From positions 748-64,747 of IMG/VR virus record IMGVR_UViG_3300032288_002935: a stretch of DNA of 64,000 bases; one strand, given 5' to 3'. A model generated the notes under the pieces. That model made no database searches. It saw only the letters and a list, made by a program, of their open reading frames with translations, and had not been told where the DNA came from. Source of the DNA: a virus (taxonomy: Duplodnaviria > Caudoviricetes). Every line of letters begins with the position of its first letter. The first letter of the stretch is position 1. Of this stretch, positions 58,913-64,000 are shown piece by piece. The translations under genes were made by a program, and so were the position numbers.

Positions 58913-59389
58913 GTTTATTTTTTTTAAATAGTTTTGGTAAGCTTCAGCTGCATCTAATTCTTCTTTATACAATCCTAAGTATATTAATTTTCCGTTGTGC
59001 AAAATTTTTGATTCATAAAACTTTGCATTTTTGTTAAAAGACACACCTGTATATTTAGAAGAACCGTGTTTTTCTTTGCTGGTATTTTCTCTGTTTGTAA
59101 GTAACTGTAGATTACAGACTCTGTTGTCAGTTTTAATATTATTTATGTGATCTACCACAATTGACAATTTGTTTAGAGTGTGGTTTAAAAATGCTATTGC
59201 AATAAGCTGATGTACTTTTAGAGTTATCTTCTTTTTATTTAAAGATACATTTACTTTGTAATATCCATTTTTATGAAGACTTGGCTTTAATACAGTTATT
59301 TTATTGAAATAATTAGAGCGTATGTTACCCAATGTTGAAGCCTCATATTTTTCATATCCAGGTATAACTTTCCATATCTCTGTTTCCAT
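58913..59389 (-). mobile_element. NUMOD4-HNH-AP2 homing endonuclease coding region, fused in frame to the helicase
   Basis: EIWKVIPGYEKYEASTLGNIRS (NUMOD4); VHQLIA.AF...VVDHINNIKTDNRVCNLQ (HNH); SKYTGVSF...YLGLY..E.DAA.AY (AP2-like). No stop occurs before the helicase. Confidence 0.88.
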
Positions 59390-59404
59390 TTGCTTTGTGT
59401 TAGC

Positions 59405-59448
59405 GAGTGTGATGATAGTAACCGCATTGCTGCGATTACTACCCACTC
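59405..59448 (-). promoter_or_regulatory. GC-rich RNA hairpin with GCAA tetraloop upstream of the HNH gene
   Basis: Minus strand reads GAGTG-GGTAGTAATCGCA-GCAA-TGCGGTTACTATC-(ATCA)-CACTC. This gives a 13-bp stem with two G-U pairs plus a 5-bp basal stem, and no U-tail. Confidence 0.65.
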
Positions 59449-59453
59449 TTGAG

Positions 59454-61091
59454 TTATTGTTTATCTACTGTGAAGAACTCACTTGAGTCAAGCATTACAA
59501 TTACATGGTCTGTACCATCTATTGTATTTGTAACTGTTCTTTTATTATTATATCTATCTACAAGAATAGACATAACTTCTTCTCTTACATTATCAGGAAT
59601 AAGATTAGGTGCACTTGTGAATTTTTCGTCAGGATTTTCATCTGTGAACCATGGAACATCGTCTATTGATTCATCATCTGCACCATCATCCATTAAGTCA
59701 AATAGGTCTTCAGGGTTTGGAGCTGTAGAAGCAATTAATCCTTCATAAGGATCTTCTTCTTTTTCTACAACATCATGTTCTTCTTTGATGTTATCAATTT
59801 GCTCTTTGGACATAATTGCTTCTTCTATTCTTTCTTCAATAGTTTCAATTACTGCAGGCATTTCATCAAGATTATATTCACCTTCTAAATCAGATAAATC
59901 AATTAGTTCATCTTTCACAAATTCAGGAACACCTGCATGTTCTAATAATTCTACATCATCATCTTCAATGAATTCAGTTAAATCTTGCAACTCAACAAGT
60001 TCACCATAACTTACACTTTCATCTTGAATTGATTCTCTGATTTCTTCTAATCTTTCTTTCTTAGCATCAACTGCATCAAACAATGATGGTTCTTCTGGTT
60101 TGAATAATGTTTTTTCTTTTACCAGATTCTGTGCTTGAATAAGATTTTCTACTGATTCCATTTCATCTTTTTCGGATTCTACAGAATGACCTGCACACGG
60201 AGCAATTACACCTTTGGCTTCAAGTCTATCCCATTCAGCATCTTCTTCTGCATCAAGATCTATAACTTCAGATTCATCAACAGGTATCATGTCTAACTCA
60301 TCTGTTGCATAGACTTCTTCTACAGCTTCAAAGTCTAATTGATTAGCTTGTTCTTCATTAGCAATTTCTACTTTAGCAATGTTGTACATTACTTGAATGT
60401 AGTTATTGATTTTAATCTGTTGAGAATACCAACCTCTTGGTGGCTGATCAGATATACCATGCATCATGATTTTGTAAGCTTCCCAAAGAGTTCCTTTATC
60501 ATTGTAGTTAAATGATGGTTTATCATACTCTTTTCTAATCAAACTTGCTTGAGTAGGAGCTATGATTAATTTATCAAAATACAACAAGCCCATCAATTTT
60601 GCAAACTCTTTTCTTGATAGTTCAATTTCTCTGAACCTTTCTTTCATTTTTACAATTTGCTCAAAGTGTTCTTCAGCAGAAGCAATCATTGATTCAATGA
60701 TGTCAAGTGTTTCATCTAATGCAACTCCTGTATGTTTTCTATTCCAGGTAGCTTGAGTATCAGATGTAATGAATGGAACTTCATTATCATAAATAAAACC
60801 TCCAATTGAACATTTAAATCTTACCATTTTGTTGTAAGAGTTTGTCCAATAGAAAGTCATTGCCATATCAGGATCAGTTACTTTTTCAATTTTCATCAAA
60901 CCATAAGCAATATCTCCACTATGTTCTGATTTGTATTCCTCACTTAATATAGCAAACCCATGCTTTTCAAGCATATCTCTTGCAGTATCTATAACAACAC
61001 CGTGTGCAATTACAGTATATGATTTAGTTTCTTCTGGTAATTTTGTTTTTCTTAAATAATCTTCTGTCTGTGTTTTAACTGAACTTGTCAT
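59454..61091 (-). CDS. DUF932-like N-terminal domain with a long acidic C-terminal region
   Basis: LPEET.SYTVI.H, 'NSYNK..RF.C.IGG', RKHTG and 'TLWEAY' motifs, followed by roughly 300 very D/E-rich residues. Confidence 0.6.
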   Translation of the reverse strand: MTSSVKTQTEDYLRKTKLPEETKSYTVIAHGVVIDTARDMLEKHGFAILSEEYKSEHSGDIAYGLMKIEKVTDPDMAMTFYWTNSYNKMVRFKCSIGGFIYDNEVPFITSDTQATWNRKHTGVALDETLDIIESMIASAEEHFEQIVKMKERFREIELSRKEFAKLMGLLYFDKLIIAPTQASLIRKEYDKPSFNYNDKGTLWEAYKIMMHGISDQPPRGWYSQQIKINNYIQVMYNIAKVEIANEEQANQLDFEAVEEVYATDELDMIPVDESEVIDLDAEEDAEWDRLEAKGVIAPCAGHSVESEKDEMESVENLIQAQNLVKEKTLFKPEEPSLFDAVDAKKERLEEIRESIQDESVSYGELVELQDLTEFIEDDDVELLEHAGVPEFVKDELIDLSDLEGEYNLDEMPAVIETIEERIEEAIMSKEQIDNIKEEHDVVEKEEDPYEGLIASTAPNPEDLFDLMDDGADDESIDDVPWFTDENPDEKFTSAPNLIPDNVREEVMSILVDRYNNKRTVTNTIDGTDHVIVMLDSSEFFTVDKQ

Positions 61092-63064
61092 AATAATAAT
61101 TGGGTTTGTGTAGCAGGTTCAATCTTTGTGATTTCTTTTCTGATTTCTCTCAAGTAATAAAGAGTATCAATTTCATAATCATCAAATGATTTTTCTACAT
61201 ACTTATTCATAATTCTTTCTAAACTTTTTGATGCTTCAATCTTAATGACTTTATCATCTTTAACTTTTAAAATCTTACATCCTTTCTTGGACATATAATA
61301 TCTTAGTGTTTTCTGTACAGAACTGTTATCCAGTCTACCATCTGTGTAACAAGTAAGATTAAATTTCCAACCACCAATGGCTCTTGTACCACCACAATAA
61401 TCATAGATGTTATGATTTTCCTGCAATGTTTTTTCAGGATCTTGATTGTGTACAAAGTAATAGTAGTAAGCAATTCTTTTAATTCTGAAACTTTTGTTTT
61501 TATGAAGTGGTTTATCAACTTCAAATCTTCCTTTACTCTTTGTATTAAACAAAAAATATTTATCATCTTTTGTTCTTTTAATTAAGGGTTTTGGAAACTC
61601 TGTTGTAATTTTCTTAATTGCATCTTCTTTGGGAATTTCTTTACCAGCAAAAATACCTATGTAATTATTTACATCAGGAATAATAAGTTTTTCATAAACC
61701 TCAAATTCTAATTGGAGTTTTGTTAAGGCCTCCCACTTGTCACATATCTGATGATATAGTTCTTCATATTCTCGCGGAATAATAATCTCACCACCATCAG
61801 TATTTACCATTATTGGTCTTGCACCTGGTATGGACTCACACAACTCTTCTAACAACATGACTAATAACAACTGACCATTGCAAGTTATTCTCATGGTGAA
61901 TAGACTATCTTTAAGAAAAGAATTATCTTCATTGGACAAACCATAAGTAGAATTCAGCAAAATTTTGTATACATAATTTAATGGATCTTTTTTACTGTAT
62001 TTCTTTCTGTCTTCAAAGAAACTTTCATAGATTTCACAAAAGGCTTCCTTGTTTATATGACCAGGAGCCCAGTTGTTTCTAATTGAAAGATTAGGATAGA
62101 ATGATGTTACATCAAATGATTTGATAACGAAATTTTTATCAGAGGTATAGATGCCTTTTTTAGCACCGTGAATACCACCTAATGCAAATGATAATGTCAA
62201 TCCTTTGTAAGTCAATTCATGTTTGAATGAACCTTTTAGATTTTCTCCATCCAGTTTTAATTTCTTAAACTTGGACAATGTGGCTTTTAACTCAGGAGTT
62301 TTAAATTCTATATATGGCAGGATTGCCTCATTAAGATTTATAACTTTCCTGTAAGTCTTTTTCTTTTTAAGTTCATACTCAGGAATGTTTAACTTCTGAG
62401 ATAATAGCTTTAGGAAAATACTTTTAGCCAACTTTGGTTCAGAATGGTTTGTCAAATTCATCTTGAAATGTTTTGACAAATTTGTTCTAAGTAATATCTC
62501 AGCTTTGTTTCTAAAGAACAATTCCCTTGTAGATAAGCAGTCATTAATGCAATACTTCAGCAACATTAATATATCCTGTTCATTATGATTTTTGCTATGA
62601 TCAGTACTCATGTCTTCAACATTATGCCAATCCATGCTATACTGTAGCCATTTAAGACTACAGCGTTTAGCAGGATTATCATAGTTGTTTATAGCTAGAA
62701 TGTCACATTCTTTAAAAGGATTGTCTTTAGGATGATACAATGGAAACTCTTTTGAGTTAGCTCTCTTAATAACTTCTTGTGCTATCTGATATACATTATT
62801 AGCAATATCTCCACCATTATATCCAAAGTAATTAGTCTGGTATAAAAATCTGGATATTTGATTATCAAATTTTAAACCATTGTAAGAGATTAGTGTTGTT
62901 TTTTTATCAATACATTGTTGTAAAAATGCAACATATTCTTTGTATTGATTTCTATATGTACTTACCTCAAATGAAATAATTTCATCAGGGTTTTGTACAT
63001 TTATGAAGACAGCTAAAAAGCAATTTGCAACTGTTTCATAGTCATATACATATCCTTTAGCCAT
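61088..63064 (-). CDS. polB: Family B DNA polymerase (crAss-like) with 3'-5' exonuclease
   Basis: ExoI YDYET, ExoII SYNGLKFDN, ExoIII YCINDC, motif A SFDVTSFYPN, motif B YKILLNSTYG and motif C NTDG. Confidence 0.93.
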   Translation of the reverse strand: MAKGYVYDYETVANCFLAVFINVQNPDEIISFEVSTYRNQYKEYVAFLQQCIDKKTTLISYNGLKFDNQISRFLYQTNYFGYNGGDIANNVYQIAQEVIKRANSKEFPLYHPKDNPFKECDILAINNYDNPAKRCSLKWLQYSMDWHNVEDMSTDHSKNHNEQDILMLLKYCINDCLSTRELFFRNKAEILLRTNLSKHFKMNLTNHSEPKLAKSIFLKLLSQKLNIPEYELKKKKTYRKVINLNEAILPYIEFKTPELKATLSKFKKLKLDGENLKGSFKHELTYKGLTLSFALGGIHGAKKGIYTSDKNFVIKSFDVTSFYPNLSIRNNWAPGHINKEAFCEIYESFFEDRKKYSKKDPLNYVYKILLNSTYGLSNEDNSFLKDSLFTMRITCNGQLLLVMLLEELCESIPGARPIMVNTDGGEIIIPREYEELYHQICDKWEALTKLQLEFEVYEKLIIPDVNNYIGIFAGKEIPKEDAIKKITTEFPKPLIKRTKDDKYFLFNTKSKGRFEVDKPLHKNKSFRIKRIAYYYYFVHNQDPEKTLQENHNIYDYCGGTRAIGGWKFNLTCYTDGRLDNSSVQKTLRYYMSKKGCKILKVKDDKVIKIEASKSLERIMNKYVEKSFDDYEIDTLYYLREIRKEITKIEPATQTQLLL

Positions 63065-63075
63065 AGTATTTTATT

Positions 63076-63627
63076 TTAACAAGAAGCCCAACCTATAAAT
63101 CTATATAAGCCTGGTTTTTCTTTTTCAGATTTTTTATATGTAATCTTTGCGCAATTTTGATTACCAACAACTATGTCTTTTGTAATAATTACTGTAAGTG
63201 AAATTTCAGGATTTCTTTCTACAAATGCTCTTGCTTTTTTAATACATGCTGTTTGTGATATATCTTCTACAAAACATTTACCAGACCATTGATCAATAGC
63301 TTTATACATTGTTTTCCAACTACGCGTACCTTTCTGAACAATTGCTTCTACAGATGATTTGACTTTGTTTTTATTTTCAACAGGTTTTTCAATACAGTAC
63401 CCCCATGTTTCTCCTTTAGGACAGTTGTCTATAATATATTCATCTAATTCAGCAGGTAACATTTTTTTTAACATGTGGGTTACATCTCTACCAAAATATG
63501 TAACATTAAAATCACCAGAGTAACCTTCTTGATGTCCACTGTAATCTTCTGCATCATTTCTTACTTTGTCAAATGCATTTTCAATTTTTGTTCCTGTTGC
63601 TGTTGTTCTAACTAAGTTGGCTCCCAT
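63076..63627 (-). CDS. Conserved hypothetical phage protein
   Basis: 183 aa; N-terminal MGA...AF...A....GHQEGYSG and C-terminal G.Y.F.GWASC. Confidence 0.65.
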   Translation of the reverse strand: MGANLVRTTATGTKIENAFDKVRNDAEDYSGHQEGYSGDFNVTYFGRDVTHMLKKMLPAELDEYIIDNCPKGETWGYCIEKPVENKNKVKSSVEAIVQKGTRSWKTMYKAIDQWSGKCFVEDISQTACIKKARAFVERNPEISLTVIITKDIVVGNQNCAKITYKKSEKEKPGLYRFIGWASC

Positions 63628-64000
63628 GTTCTTTATCTTTTGTTATTATTATTTTCTGTGCTAATTGACTTGTTTCAGGATCATCTGAACCAAGCTTTTC
63701 ATATAGTGATACATAATCTTTACCACTAATATAATTACCATGCAATAATGCTGATAAGCAATCTTGAAAAGCAATTAATTTTTCTGCTTCAAAGCGAGCT
63801 GGTTTTTGTAACTCATAACCTTTTTTAAGTTTAGATGCTACAAGTTTTTCAAATATTGCATTGGCTTTAACAAAAGAGATTGCCTCATTTGTTTTTGTTC
63901 CTGTCAAAAGTGTTTGACCTCTTCTGCCGTATGCAAAATCAACTGTCCAGTTGTTTGTTAATGGTTGTTTTTTAAGAAATACATTGTATAGTTTATCAGA
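63608..64000 (-). CDS. WGR-domain protein, 5'-truncated by the window end
   Basis: The frame is open to 64000 and reads SDKLYNVFL...WTVDFAYGRRGQ...GTKT....A..IFEKLVASKLKKGY, the WGR-domain signature. Confidence 0.8.
   Translation of the reverse strand, partial: SDKLYNVFLKKQPLTNNWTVDFAYGRRGQTLLTGTKTNEAISFVKANAIFEKLVASKLKKGYELQKPARFEAEKLIAFQDCLSALLHGNYISGKDYVSLYEKLGSDDPETSQLAQKIIITKDKEHGSQLS

Noticed and set aside
59390-59446. GTG start at 59446 for the HNH-helicase ORF
   Set aside because: It lies inside the hairpin. The NUMOD4 domain starts at ATG 59389 (METEIWK).
53433-61566. Short + strand or alternate-frame ORFs in the replication module (53433, 54344, 57780, 59449, 59785, 60562, 61303)
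   Set aside because: They are shadow ORFs overlapping well-supported minus-strand genes.
61088-63064. Intein or intron in the DNA polymerase (also considered for the RNA polymerase)
   Set aside because: The motifs are contiguous with normal spacing. No intein C...HN junction or frame break was seen.
1-64000. Stop-codon reassignment (TAG or TGA), as in some crAss-like phages
   Set aside because: Genes up to 11.7 kb are intact in the standard code. TAG (5538, 23851) and TGA (3359, 35499) end genes just before the next start, and no suppressor tRNA was seen.
1-64000. tRNA or rRNA genes
   Set aside because: Intergenic gaps are short, and none shows a cloverleaf or T-loop (GTTCRA) in a suitable context.

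Overview
This 64 kb AT-rich window looks like a genome segment of a crAss-like (Crassvirales-type) phage of a Bacteroidota host. It uses the standard genetic code, and its translation starts are A-rich with no Shine-Dalgarno. The + strand (1-53342) is a virion module: ring/adaptor and capsid-associated genes, a Dps/ferritin-like gene, a block of very Cys-rich tail and fibre genes (collagen, FISUMP, tail-collar), an IHF-like gene, two ring proteins, a muzzle/tail-stabilisation protein and four cargo-like proteins. It ends with three giant proteins of 2462, 3910 and 2034 aa; the middle one is a double-psi-barrel virion RNA polymerase (RIPSQG...GSDYDIDK). The - strand (53329-64000) is a convergent replication/early module: family B DNA polymerase, DUF932-like protein, an HNH endonuclease fused in frame to a Dda-like helicase, a spore photoproduct lyase-like radical SAM enzyme, a MazG-like pyrophosphatase, a WGR-domain protein and small ORFs. 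The most notable observations are: (i) the three giant proteins are almost Cys-free except for terminal cysteines at their junctions (IIEQLTKCK*/MNIC and IIEQQLKC*/MFC), suggesting head-to-tail disulfide chaining; (ii) an apparent 8-stranded outer-membrane beta-barrel with a beta-signal sits between repeated xxGG motifs in a cargo protein; (iii) SLOG-like and ASCH-like modules are appended to the RNA polymerase; (iv) the HNH-helicase fusion runs across an A8/slippery site. All family calls come from motif recognition by eye; no database search was run.
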